A stretch of 64,000 nt of DNA from an uncultured virus (IMG/VR IMGVR_UViG_3300046030_000062). Lineage: Duplodnaviria; Heunggongvirae; Uroviricota; Caudoviricetes. The notes under the pieces are model-generated. The model saw only the letters and a program-made list of their open reading frames with translations. It was not told the origin of the DNA and ran no database searches. The position numbers and the translations under genes are program-made. Every line of letters starts with the position of its first letter. The stretch's first letter is position 1. The stretch lies in the IMG/VR virus record IMGVR_UViG_3300046030_000062. One strand, given 5' to 3'. Shown one piece after another: positions 1-8,711 of the stretch.

Positions 1-24
1 AATGGACATATTTGATGGACGCAG

Positions 25-70
25 CAAGGCTCCCACACTGCCATCATCGGTAGTAAGGGAGCCTTGTTTT
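25..70 (+). terminator. Intrinsic terminator-like hairpin at the end of the recombinase gene
   Basis: CAAGGCTCCC...GGGAGCCTTG inverted repeat followed by TTTTT on +; an analogous hairpin lies at 47686-47730. Confidence 0.6.
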
Positions 71-1637
71 ATGCTTCTATGTCGATTGTGATGCCGGACT
101 TGAATTCCACAGTGAAGTGGTTGGCGAAGACAGTGATCTTCTCGATAAGCTTTTTGACCAGAGCCTCATCAAACTCTGTAATGCCAGTTTCCTGTCCGGC
201 GATGAAGTCCTGCAGTTCCTTGATTCGGTTCATGACTTCTTCCCGGCGGTGGCTGTCGAGCTCGGATTGTTCCTTCTGGTCGCGGAGCCGGAAAATCTCA
301 TCGGCTATGGCATCGTAGTCCTGTTTATTGTTTGCCTTCTTGATGAGCTCTTTTTGCAGTTCTTCGAGCCTTGCCTGAATGCCGCCCGGCGAGAGGGTGT
401 CAGCGCTGACCACAGCTTTGGCGATGTTCTGCTGTAAGGCTTTAAGGAAAAAGTCCCGCTCGGTAAGAATTTGATTGAAGGCCTTGACCGTGATCTCTTG
501 TAGAAGGAGCTCGTTAACCGTCCGGTTAGTGCAGTTCTTTTCAGCCGAGGTCGGTTCCAAGCGGCTGATGCAGCGCCATACGATGGACTTGCAGCCGTGG
601 TTGTTCCAGTGGACGCGCCGATAAAGCTCACCGCAGTCTCCGCAGAAAACCATCTGTGCAAAACAGTGATTGCAGGAGAAGCTGCGTTTTTTGCCTGTCG
701 GGCTGACGTGGACTACCCGGCGACGGACAAGCTCCGCCTGCACCTGCATGAAGAGCTCTTTCGGAATGATTGCTTCATGATCGCCCTCAACGTAGTATTG
801 AGGGACGGTGCCGTTGTTCTTGATCCGCTTTTTTGTTAAGAAGTCTGTGGTATAGGTCTTTTGAAGCAGCGCGTCGCCCATGTACTTCTCGTTGCGGAGA
901 ATCTTGTTGATGGTGCTGGTGTGCCATTTTGTCTTGCCAGCGCCGGTAAGGATGCCATCAGCCATAAGCCCGTCGGCGATCTTATCCATGCTGGAGCCTT
1001 CAAGGTATTCTCGGTAGATGCGCTTTACGATTTCTGCCTGCTCCGGATCAATGATCAGATGCCCGTTGTCATCCTTTGTGTATCCGAGGAAGCGATTGTG
1101 ATTGACCTGAACCTTACCTTGCTGGTAGCGGTATTGAAGTCCCAGCTTGATGTTCTGGCTCATTGACTGGCTTTCCTGCTGGGCAAGGCTCGCCATGATC
1201 GTGATCAGCACCTCGCCTTTAGCGTCCAGCGTGTTGATGGCTTCCTTCTCAAAATAGACAGGTATGTTCTTGTCCTTCAGCTGCCGGATGTATTGCAGGC
1301 AGTCGAGAGTGTTTCGGGCAAATCGGCTGATGGACTTGGTGATGACCATGTCGATGTTACCGGCCATGCACTCGTCGATCATTCGGTTGAATTCGTCACG
1401 CTTTTTTGTGTTGGTGCCGGAAATACCGTCGTCTGCAAATATGCCCGCCAGCTCCCATTCCGGATTCTTTTGAATGTACTCGGTGTAGTGCGTGACCTGA
1501 GCCTCGTAGCTTGTTTCCTGTTCTTCGGAATCCGTGCTGACGCGGCAGTAGGCTGCAACACGGAGTTTTTTCTGCGCTGATTGCTTTACTGTATTTCCGA
1601 CCTGCCGTCTGGCCGGAATCACCATTACATTTCCCAT
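69..1637 (-). CDS. Large serine recombinase (resolvase + recombinase + Zn-ribbon domains)
   Basis: AAYCRVST catalytic Ser motif, [15 protein letters not shown]...WRC zinc ribbon, 522 aa. Confidence 0.95.
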   Translation of the reverse strand: MGNVMVIPARRQVGNTVKQSAQKKLRVAAYCRVSTDSEEQETSYEAQVTHYTEYIQKNPEWELAGIFADDGISGTNTKKRDEFNRMIDECMAGNIDMVITKSISRFARNTLDCLQYIRQLKDKNIPVYFEKEAINTLDAKGEVLITIMASLAQQESQSMSQNIKLGLQYRYQQGKVQVNHNRFLGYTKDDNGHLIIDPEQAEIVKRIYREYLEGSSMDKIADGLMADGILTGAGKTKWHTSTINKILRNEKYMGDALLQKTYTTDFLTKKRIKNNGTVPQYYVEGDHEAIIPKELFMQVQAELVRRRVVHVSPTGKKRSFSCNHCFAQMVFCGDCGELYRRVHWNNHGCKSIVWRCISRLEPTSAEKNCTNRTVNELLLQEITVKAFNQILTERDFFLKALQQNIAKAVVSADTLSPGGIQARLEELQKELIKKANNKQDYDAIADEIFRLRDQKEQSELDSHRREEVMNRIKELQDFIAGQETGITEFDEALVKKLIEKITVFANHFTVEFKSGITIDIEA

Positions 1638-2053
1638 TAGCTTACCTCGCTTTCAATGAGGCTGTAGAGGTATTCTGCCTGCAGCCTCGGATCTTCATAG
1701 TGTTGCTCTGCCGCAGCCATGCGAAAGCCGGTAGGAGACGCTGCGGGTTTTACACTCTTTTTCCTGTTCAGCCTGCCAAGTTTCCCGGCACGTTCCAGAC
1801 GGATGGCGGCAGCTTTATCGTAGGTTTCCTGATCAATGATAGCCGGGTAAAAGTCGTCTCCGAGGTAGTGCCTGTTTTCCATCAGGCGCTTTGCCGTGCC
1901 GTGGTAGGTTTCAATACCAGCAGCGGCAGCAGCCTTGGCCAGTGCCATCCCGGAGAGGTAATTCTCATAGAGCTTTCGTATCTTATTGGCTTCATCCTCT
2001 TTAATAGTGGCGCAGCCGTTTTCAATGCTGTAGCCGTAGGGTGTATGTCCCAT
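1637..2053 (-). CDS. Small recombinase-domain-only protein (no catalytic domain)
   Basis: TPYGY...YLG..YPAII pattern of the LSR DNA-binding recombinase domain; lies between two LSRs. Confidence 0.8.
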   Translation of the reverse strand: MGHTPYGYSIENGCATIKEDEANKIRKLYENYLSGMALAKAAAAAGIETYHGTAKRLMENRHYLGDDFYPAIIDQETYDKAAAIRLERAGKLGRLNRKKSVKPAASPTGFRMAAAEQHYEDPRLQAEYLYSLIESEVS

Positions 2054-2057
2054 GTAT

Positions 2058-3617
2058 TCACATCCTTTCTCGAAGCGTCAGACCGCATTTCAGTTCAAAG
2101 CGCACTTCATTTCTGGAGCGGACAATGATGCGGTTCACATATTCATTAAACAGGTCATCATCGAATTCCTGAAGTATTCCACCTTTTTCTGTAAAGTGCA
2201 GAAGCGCTGTGGCTGCTGTGACCTTTGTTACATCTCCGGAAACAGCGTTTTTTAAGGCGTTGATCTCATCCCGGAAACTGTCTGCCTGCGAAAGCAGCTC
2301 GTTCGTTTCTTTGTTAAAAAGGATCGGGTCGATGATGCCCTGTGTCATGAGCTTTGTCAGCGTCTCGCGCTTTTCTGTGTTCTGCGCCAGTAGGGTCTGT
2401 ATTTCCTGAATGCGCCGAAGCGAGTCATCAGACGAAGTGTTTTTCAATGCGTCCACATATGGTTTTAGGATGATCCTGTGCGCGTAGACCAGCTTGTTCA
2501 TCATGGTGACGAAAGCCTGCTTCAGATCATCGTCTTTTACAAAAAGCATGTGGCATTTATCTTTATCCTTGATGTGGGTACTGCAGCACCATGCGGTGTA
2601 TTTGTATCCGGTGCAGCTGTGTATCCGGCGCTTAAAGGTATCGCCGCACTCGCCGCAGATGATCTTCCCGGAGAAGGTGTAGCGATTCTGGTATTTGTCA
2701 CTCCCTTTGACGACACCTTTTTCCGTTGCCCGCTGGTGAATAAAAGCGTGAGCAGCTTCAAAGTCCTCCCGGCTGATGATTGCCTCGTGATGATCCTTGA
2801 CCATGTACTGTGTCTGCTCGCCGTGATTGTTGTGCCGGACAAAGCGTGAATCCGAGTACGTTTTCTGGAAAAGGCAGTCGCCGACATACTTCTCATTGGA
2901 GAGCATCCCGCGAATGGTTGTGGCTGTCCAGCGTCCGTTTCGCTTGGTAGGAATGCCGCGCCGGTTCAGGTCATCCGCGATGGCGTGGGTGCCTTTGCCG
3001 GAGAGCAGCGCTGCGAAGATTTCTTTTACCACAGCCGCCTGCTCCGGATTAATTACCATCTGCTCGCCATCCCAATCGTAGCCGTAGGGTGGGTAGCTGA
3101 CTTTATAGGTGCCGCTCTCAAAGCGTTTCTGGATTGACCACTTGCTGTTTTCTGATATGGAAACAGACTCGCCTTCGGCCATGCTGGAGAGAATTGCCAG
3201 AAACAGCTCGCTCTCCATTGAGCCGGTGTTGATATTTTCCTTCTCGAAATAAATCGGAATGTGCAGGGCGAGCAGTTTTCTTACCAGTTCTAAGCAGTCC
3301 GTTGTGTTCCGGCTGAAGCGGCTGATGGATTTTGTGATAACAAAGTCCACTTTACCGGCCTTGCAGTCGTCAATGAGTCGTAGGAGCTCCGGGCGCTTGT
3401 CCTTCTTGGTGCCAGTGATGCCTTCGTCGAAATAGAGTCCAGCGAACTCCCAGTCATCACGGGATGTGATGTAATTTTCGTAGTGGGTTTTCTGTGCCTC
3501 AAGGCTTTCAAGCTGGGCATCGGAATCCGTAGAGACGCGGCAGTAGGCGGCTACCCTGATCTTCTTGAGTTTAACTTTCGAGTTCGCTGTTTCCGCGATT
3601 TTCGTAACTTTTTTCAA
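2058..3617 (-). CDS. Large serine recombinase (second)
   Basis: [26 protein letters not shown] motifs; TTG start with GGAGG RBS. Confidence 0.95.
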   Translation of the reverse strand: MKKVTKIAETANSKVKLKKIRVAAYCRVSTDSDAQLESLEAQKTHYENYITSRDDWEFAGLYFDEGITGTKKDKRPELLRLIDDCKAGKVDFVITKSISRFSRNTTDCLELVRKLLALHIPIYFEKENINTGSMESELFLAILSSMAEGESVSISENSKWSIQKRFESGTYKVSYPPYGYDWDGEQMVINPEQAAVVKEIFAALLSGKGTHAIADDLNRRGIPTKRNGRWTATTIRGMLSNEKYVGDCLFQKTYSDSRFVRHNNHGEQTQYMVKDHHEAIISREDFEAAHAFIHQRATEKGVVKGSDKYQNRYTFSGKIICGECGDTFKRRIHSCTGYKYTAWCCSTHIKDKDKCHMLFVKDDDLKQAFVTMMNKLVYAHRIILKPYVDALKNTSSDDSLRRIQEIQTLLAQNTEKRETLTKLMTQGIIDPILFNKETNELLSQADSFRDEINALKNAVSGDVTKVTAATALLHFTEKGGILQEFDDDLFNEYVNRIIVRSRNEVRFELKCGLTLRERM

Positions 3618-3647
3618 GGGAAGTACCTCCTTTCCGTACGTCTATAC

Positions 3648-3674
3648 ATCACTCTAAAGCGACTACATATCAAG
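3648..3674 (-). promoter_or_regulatory. Motif B copy (CTTG-N15-AGAGTGAT) upstream of the recombinase
   Basis: Same motif and spacing at 23010-23036, 24218-24244 and 51311-51337. Confidence 0.65.
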
Positions 3675-3876
3675 GGATTTTCGGCATTATTTCCGCGAAC
3701 AAGGGAGAGAAAGTTTCCCGATTGATGGCGGTTAATTTGTTGAATTCAGCCACAGAAATGAGGCCGTCATCGAGCATCTTCTTTGCGATTGTCTGTGCTC
3801 TGCGGTAGTCCAGATCGCCCTGAATCCGCTCCTGCGTGAAATATCCAGATTGAACATTTGTGATTTCGTCTGTCAT
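3670..3876 (-). CDS. SHOCT-like small protein upstream of the recombinases
   Basis: MLDDGLISVAEFNKL motif; RBS GGAGG before ATG 3876; homolog at 51312-51524. Confidence 0.75.
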   Translation of the reverse strand: MTDEITNVQSGYFTQERIQGDLDYRRAQTIAKKMLDDGLISVAEFNKLTAINRETFSPLFAEIMPKIP

Positions 3877-3894
3877 AACATATCCACCTCCAGT

Positions 3895-3927
3895 TTCCAC
3901 TGGAGATGAACTGCCTTTTTGAGCGGA
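3895..3927 (-). promoter_or_regulatory. Motif A copy (TCCGCTCAAA-N6-GTTCATCTCCAGTGGAA)
   Basis: Near-identical copies at 32259-32291 and 36768-36800. Confidence 0.7.
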
Positions 3928-3929
3928 GG

Positions 3930-3973
3930 AAAATAAAAAAAGCCTGCGGGCATTCCGAAGAACACTCGCAGGC
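3930..3973 (-). terminator. Intrinsic terminator after the endolysin gene
   Basis: GCCTGCGAG...CCCGCAGGC stem followed by TTTTTTTATTTT on the minus strand. Confidence 0.8.
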
Positions 3974-3993
3974 ATAGCAGATTGGATATTCAG

Positions 3994-4965
3994 TTATTTC
4001 ACTCTGATCTTCCAGCCGGTCAGAATAAGGTTGACGTTTTTGATGAGCGTCGGGTTGAGCTTCTGGATCGCCGAAACCGTGCTGCTGTATTTCTTAGCAA
4101 TTCCGGAGAGGGTATCACCGCTTTTTACGGTGTAGTAGACAGGAGTAGATTCCTGCTTTTTCACCAGAGCATTGACCTTTGCCTGCACGGCAGAATAATC
4201 ATACCCGGCAGCGGTGAGGCGTTCTTTGCGGTCGGTTCCGTTTCCCCATTTGCCGTCCAGCACCTCTTGCGCCAGCTCATCTACGGTCTTTGCCGGAGTG
4301 ACCGGAGCAGGAGTGGCAGGCTTGCTGTCATCGGACGCAGACTTTGTAAAGCCGTTGAAGCCGCCGTTCTGGATAATGGCAGGATAATCCACATAGGCGT
4401 AGTCCATATCCACATTACCACTGATGCCGTCAACAGAGCCCTTGGAAGAATACTGCCAGATGCCGTAGTCGCCTTTATAGGAGCATTTGCTGGCATACTG
4501 CGCTACCCAGTGGGCGTAGGGCGTGAGCTTCGTGTCATCCATACGTTCTTTGAAGCCGGAAACAGCGGAGCCATAGATCCCGACGAAGTATCCGGCATCC
4601 TCCATCGTCTTACAGAAAGCAATGGTGGCCTCAGTGATTCCGGCTTTGGCAGAAGCGGGCTGTGCCTCGTTATCCATATAGACCGGATATTCCAGCTGCT
4701 TGCCCTTCAGGATATGCAGGAAGCGCTCGGCATCTGCTTTTCCGGCGGCAGCAGTCACGCAGTCTTTTCCGACAAAGTAATAAGCGCCGATGGGGATACC
4801 GGCAGCCTTCGCACCTTTGTAATTTGCTTCCCATTTGCTGTCCGTATAAAAACCGGCATCGGAGCCGCCAGCCTTGATGATGGCAAACTCGATACCGGCC
4901 TTTTTGACCTTATTCCAGTCAATGGTTCCCTGCCAATGACTGACGTCGATTCCTTTTCTCGTCAT
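3994..4965 (-). CDS. Endolysin: GH25 muramidase + Cpl-7 (CW_7) + LysM
   Basis: GIDVSHWQG, WQYSS..G.VD.D (GH25); EVLDGKWGNG.DR (Cpl-7); YTVKSGDTLSGIA (LysM). Confidence 0.93.
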   Translation of the reverse strand: MTRKGIDVSHWQGTIDWNKVKKAGIEFAIIKAGGSDAGFYTDSKWEANYKGAKAAGIPIGAYYFVGKDCVTAAAGKADAERFLHILKGKQLEYPVYMDNEAQPASAKAGITEATIAFCKTMEDAGYFVGIYGSAVSGFKERMDDTKLTPYAHWVAQYASKCSYKGDYGIWQYSSKGSVDGISGNVDMDYAYVDYPAIIQNGGFNGFTKSASDDSKPATPAPVTPAKTVDELAQEVLDGKWGNGTDRKERLTAAGYDYSAVQAKVNALVKKQESTPVYYTVKSGDTLSGIAKKYSSTVSAIQKLNPTLIKNVNLILTGWKIRVK

Positions 4966-4966
4966 G

Positions 4967-5380
4967 TTATCTTTCCTCATCATCGTGACGGTCGTGGAGC
5001 TGTTCCAAGACCTCCTTTAATTTCTCCGGTACCGGCAGGCCGAGATGTGCTGCGTTCTCCGTCAGTGACAGTCCTTCATTAGACAGGTAAAAGAAGATGA
5101 TCGCCGTGCGGAGCACTCCCGGATGTCCGAGCACCTGAACATCAATGACGTTCCCGATGCCCACCAGCAGGAAGATCAGCACCTTGCGGCAGATTCCCTT
5201 AAAGCCGACCTCGCTTGAGAGCTTTTTGTCGGCAATGGCACACATGATGCCGGTAAGGTAGTCGCAGGTCACAAAGATCACCAGCGCAATCAAGAGCCCG
5301 TCACAGCCGCCTAAGAAATAGCCAAGCCATCCTCCGACAGCAGCAAATACCAGTTGGATCGTGTTCCAGAATTCTTTCAT
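4967..5380 (-). CDS. Phage holin (holin_4_1 / toxin-secretion family)
   Basis: Hydrophobic helices, DYLTG, NEGLS..EN..LGLPVP motifs; adjacent to the endolysin. Confidence 0.9.
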   Translation of the reverse strand: MKEFWNTIQLVFAAVGGWLGYFLGGCDGLLIALVIFVTCDYLTGIMCAIADKKLSSEVGFKGICRKVLIFLLVGIGNVIDVQVLGHPGVLRTAIIFFYLSNEGLSLTENAAHLGLPVPEKLKEVLEQLHDRHDDEER

Positions 5381-5459
5381 GAGAAAATCCCTCCTTTGTG
5401 CAAAATAAAAGCCGCCTGCATTTTGCAGACAGCCTCGTGAACTGTATCTGTGTATGAAG

Positions 5460-7931
5460 TTATATCTGTTTTGGTAGCGCCTCCCAGAGCCGCATATCCT
5501 CCTGTCCCAGCGACCACATGGCAAAGCCTCTCACTCCCCAGCGGTAGGCCGCTTCATTTGCCCAGTAAACGAGCGAATCCACGTCCTGATAGTAGAGGAT
5601 GGAAAAGCCGTCAGCATCACCGAGAAAGAGCCTTGCTATCCAGATGTCGATGTCCTTTGGCGTGATGGTCACCGTATAATCGTTGCCACAGGTCAGGGCA
5701 AGCTCATGGGAGTGGTAGAACTCATAATCCAGAGAAATGCTCTCGCTGCGTGTCGCATCCTCCTCGATATCCGAGGTCAGCGTAAACACCTGAAATTCCG
5801 TATCCCACGTGGCGTTCGACCGGCTGATCCTGCCATACTGCGTAACTGTGCCGTCCGGAAAGGTAACATCAAAGCGTTCGTATGGCTCGTAAGTCCACGC
5901 ATCGCCAAGGCGGAGCAGCTCGCAGACTGTCCGGTTATCTGATCGGTATCCGGCATAGCCTCCGGAAAAGCCGCTGACCGTAGCAGTGAAGCGAAGCGTA
6001 TAGGAAGAACCGGAATAAACACGCACCTTATTCCCACGGATACGCATCTCGACCGTGTACATGGATGGATCGGTACGAAGGTCGGCGTTTGCTGTCCGCT
6101 CTATGGTCTGGCTGTAGCTGCCAAGGAGCGTGCTGCCGTTATATAATTCAACGGCCTGTGTGTTGTAATTCAGGCAGCAGAACAGATCACCGCAGAATAC
6201 TCCGGCCTTGCCATTTCCTGTCGCAGGGAAGGCCACCCTTGCCCGCAGGTGAATATCGGAAAAGCCGTCGTATCGCCATGCGAGCTTTCCGGAGCCGTCA
6301 AGCTGGGAGTAGACGCGGCTTTCGGAATATTCATCTTCGCGCCATACCGTCCAAGAGCCTGAAAGGGTCGTCCAGTAGTTTGTTTGCAGCACACCGTAGT
6401 CCCGGAAATCCTCATACCAGATAAGGGCAGAGTCCGGCTTTCTTCTCAGCATTTCGCAGGTGAGCTTGAAAGCCCTGTCCGGCTGGCACTCGTTGCCGTC
6501 CACGTCGATAAAGTGACGCGGAGAGAGAGTAAAGATCGCGCTACCCGCAGAGGGAGCCTCCGAAAAGTTGCTGCAAACACGGTAGCCGTAAAACTGTACG
6601 CCTTTTACATCAACGGATATCACGATGGTGTGCGTTCCGGCAGATAGTGAAATGCTGCTGGCGAGCGTCGTCCAGAAGGTGCTTCTCCAATATGGCCACC
6701 AGAGCCTGCTTTCCGTAAAATGCGTCGTGTTGCCGTCAATCGAAACATAAATGCCGTTTTTATCCCAGAAGGGATAGCAGAGCCGGATGGCAATGTCGTA
6801 GGTTCCGGCGCTTGAAACGGAAAAGGTATATGTGGCAGAGCCAGCATCACCGAGAGTGGCCACGCCGTTTTCAAAGGATACAATGCCGGAGTAGGAGCTT
6901 GTCGTTCCATCCGCATCCACATAGATGGTGCCGAACTCAGCGTGTTGTTCTTTGCTGTAAGCCGTCAGATAATGCCGCCTGTTATAGGTTCCGTTCATCA
7001 GAGGATACTCATAGCTTGTGGCGTCCCGGCCTTCCATGAAGTCGTAGACCTGCGGAAGCGCCCAAGGCACCATATCGTAATCATCCCAGTATGCGAGGAT
7101 CGGGATGAAGGGCTGCGGTGGGGCATCATCTGTAAAATTGTACTGCCCGGTCATCCAGTTCTTTGCCGCATAGTAGGTATTTGATGTGCCGCGATAGGTT
7201 TTACCGAGGTTTGCAGGAAGATCATAAATCTGCCAGTTCCAGCCGTATGCGGGAAGGCCGAAGAATATCTTCTCCGGATTCATGACCGTGACCGCGTAGT
7301 CGTAAATGCTCTCCAGCCAGTCCCTTGGAGAGACAGCGCCGGGAGCAGAACCTGCCCACGCCATGCCATAGCTCATGATGGCTGCCGTATCGCAGTAAGC
7401 GTTGAGGTCGCCGTAAACGCACCAGTTTTCACCTCCGACCGAGCCGTTGATGGAATTCATACCCGGCAGGCAGATATTCATGAGCTTGCTGCTGTCATAA
7501 CCTTTTACTGTGTTATAGATATTCCGAAACATCGCCGTAGAAGCAGCGTGCGTGGAATATCCGTCGCCTTTCTCAAGGTCAATGTCGATGCCGTCGCACC
7601 ACGGGTATTTTTCCATAATGCGGACGATCTCCGAAAGGAAAGTATCCTGAGCACCGTCTGTGTTATCCCGGAGAGCGGCAAAGATGCTGTTTGTGCCATC
7701 GTTGGATATCGTCAGGAGCCATTTGATGTGCGGCCATCGGTTGATGTAGGTCAGCATATTGGAAATGGCCACGCCGCTTTCCGTGATGATACCGGTGCGC
7801 GATACCTTAAAAGAAAAGAGACCTACCTGTGAGAGGCGGTCTCCATAGGCGGCAAGTGCCTGATACATTCTGGAATTGCCCATGAATGTCCAGACCATGC
7901 ATTTGCGGCCTTTCAAATAATCATAGCTCAC
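5460..7931 (-). CDS. GH18 glycoside hydrolase with large beta-rich insertion (tail-associated)
   Basis: DGIDIDLE (DxDxE), IMSYG, FGLPAYGWNW, C-terminal GFAMWSLGQED. Confidence 0.85.
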   Translation of the reverse strand: MSYDYLKGRKCMVWTFMGNSRMYQALAAYGDRLSQVGLFSFKVSRTGIITESGVAISNMLTYINRWPHIKWLLTISNDGTNSIFAALRDNTDGAQDTFLSEIVRIMEKYPWCDGIDIDLEKGDGYSTHAASTAMFRNIYNTVKGYDSSKLMNICLPGMNSINGSVGGENWCVYGDLNAYCDTAAIMSYGMAWAGSAPGAVSPRDWLESIYDYAVTVMNPEKIFFGLPAYGWNWQIYDLPANLGKTYRGTSNTYYAAKNWMTGQYNFTDDAPPQPFIPILAYWDDYDMVPWALPQVYDFMEGRDATSYEYPLMNGTYNRRHYLTAYSKEQHAEFGTIYVDADGTTSSYSGIVSFENGVATLGDAGSATYTFSVSSAGTYDIAIRLCYPFWDKNGIYVSIDGNTTHFTESRLWWPYWRSTFWTTLASSISLSAGTHTIVISVDVKGVQFYGYRVCSNFSEAPSAGSAIFTLSPRHFIDVDGNECQPDRAFKLTCEMLRRKPDSALIWYEDFRDYGVLQTNYWTTLSGSWTVWREDEYSESRVYSQLDGSGKLAWRYDGFSDIHLRARVAFPATGNGKAGVFCGDLFCCLNYNTQAVELYNGSTLLGSYSQTIERTANADLRTDPSMYTVEMRIRGNKVRVYSGSSYTLRFTATVSGFSGGYAGYRSDNRTVCELLRLGDAWTYEPYERFDVTFPDGTVTQYGRISRSNATWDTEFQVFTLTSDIEEDATRSESISLDYEFYHSHELALTCGNDYTVTITPKDIDIWIARLFLGDADGFSILYYQDVDSLVYWANEAAYRWGVRGFAMWSLGQEDMRLWEALPKQI

Positions 7932-8506
7932 AGGGCATCACCTCCGTCCTGCATTTCCTGAAATTCCACATAGATTCGAGCCGACTTTTTATCCTCGACC
8001 GTGATTGGGTGCTTGCTGTCACCGGCAGCTGAGTATTGGAAAAAGCCGTCCTTGGCTGTTGCAGCGCCGTTCTTCAGGCACTCCCTCGTAGAAGCGAAAA
8101 GGTCAAATTCATCACCGGCGGCTGCAGCTGCTTTGAAAGTCGCCTTATGGGCACCTTCACCCAGCGCAAGCGAAATACTCCCGGCAGCCATCGTCTGAAT
8201 CGGATAGACCTTGTAGTCAAGACCGGCAGCCGTGGAACCGAGATTGAAGATGACGCAGGTTGCAGCAGAGCGGACGATGCCGTTATAAAATCTCTTGCCT
8301 GCTTTCGCATCATCGCCATCATATTTTTCTAGAAGTTTTTCGGTATTGATGACAAAGCCTGTGACTTTATCGCCTTCCTGCAGCATCAGATCGGTAAACC
8401 AGACCGAACCGGTGCAATCTGTGATGGTGGGCTTTACCGTAATGTTTACGACGCGCTTAGCCTGCTTTTTTGTAATTGTCTCTGTAAAGCGTGTAAACTC
8501 CGGCAT
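7928..8506 (-). CDS. Tail-associated hypothetical protein
   Basis: 192 aa, conserved in prophage 2 (55578-56159); N-terminus resembles the neighbouring 63-aa ORF. Confidence 0.75.
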   Translation of the reverse strand: MPEFTRFTETITKKQAKRVVNITVKPTITDCTGSVWFTDLMLQEGDKVTGFVINTEKLLEKYDGDDAKAGKRFYNGIVRSAATCVIFNLGSTAAGLDYKVYPIQTMAAGSISLALGEGAHKATFKAAAAAGDEFDLFASTRECLKNGAATAKDGFFQYSAAGDSKHPITVEDKKSARIYVEFQEMQDGGDAL

Positions 8507-8698
8507 TTATCCATCCTCCGTCCATTGAATTTCTGATACATGTCCTACCCAGCCGGTCGCGATGGAGCCGCCCTGCAGGAGCATATCTGTGATATAGACT
8601 GTACCGGTGCAGTCTGTCACGCATACCCGTATGGTGATCTTCGTAACGCGGCCATACTGAGGAGAGATATCCTGTGCCACGTGTGTAAATGAAGCCAT
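8507..8698 (-). CDS. Small tail-associated protein (half beta-sandwich-like)
   Basis: Strong RBS AGGAGG; conserved in prophage 2 (56162-56356). Confidence 0.75.
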   Translation of the reverse strand: MASFTHVAQDISPQYGRVTKITIRVCVTDCTGTVYITDMLLQGGSIATGWVGHVSEIQWTEDG

Positions 8699-8711
8699 AG
8701 AAATCCCTCCT

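Noticed and set aside
3982..5082. Long plus-strand ORFs opposite phage genes (also 20816-21970, 32916-33875, 34125-35141, 61537-62385 and others)
   Set aside because: Antisense shadows of well-supported minus-strand genes, with no recognisable motifs.
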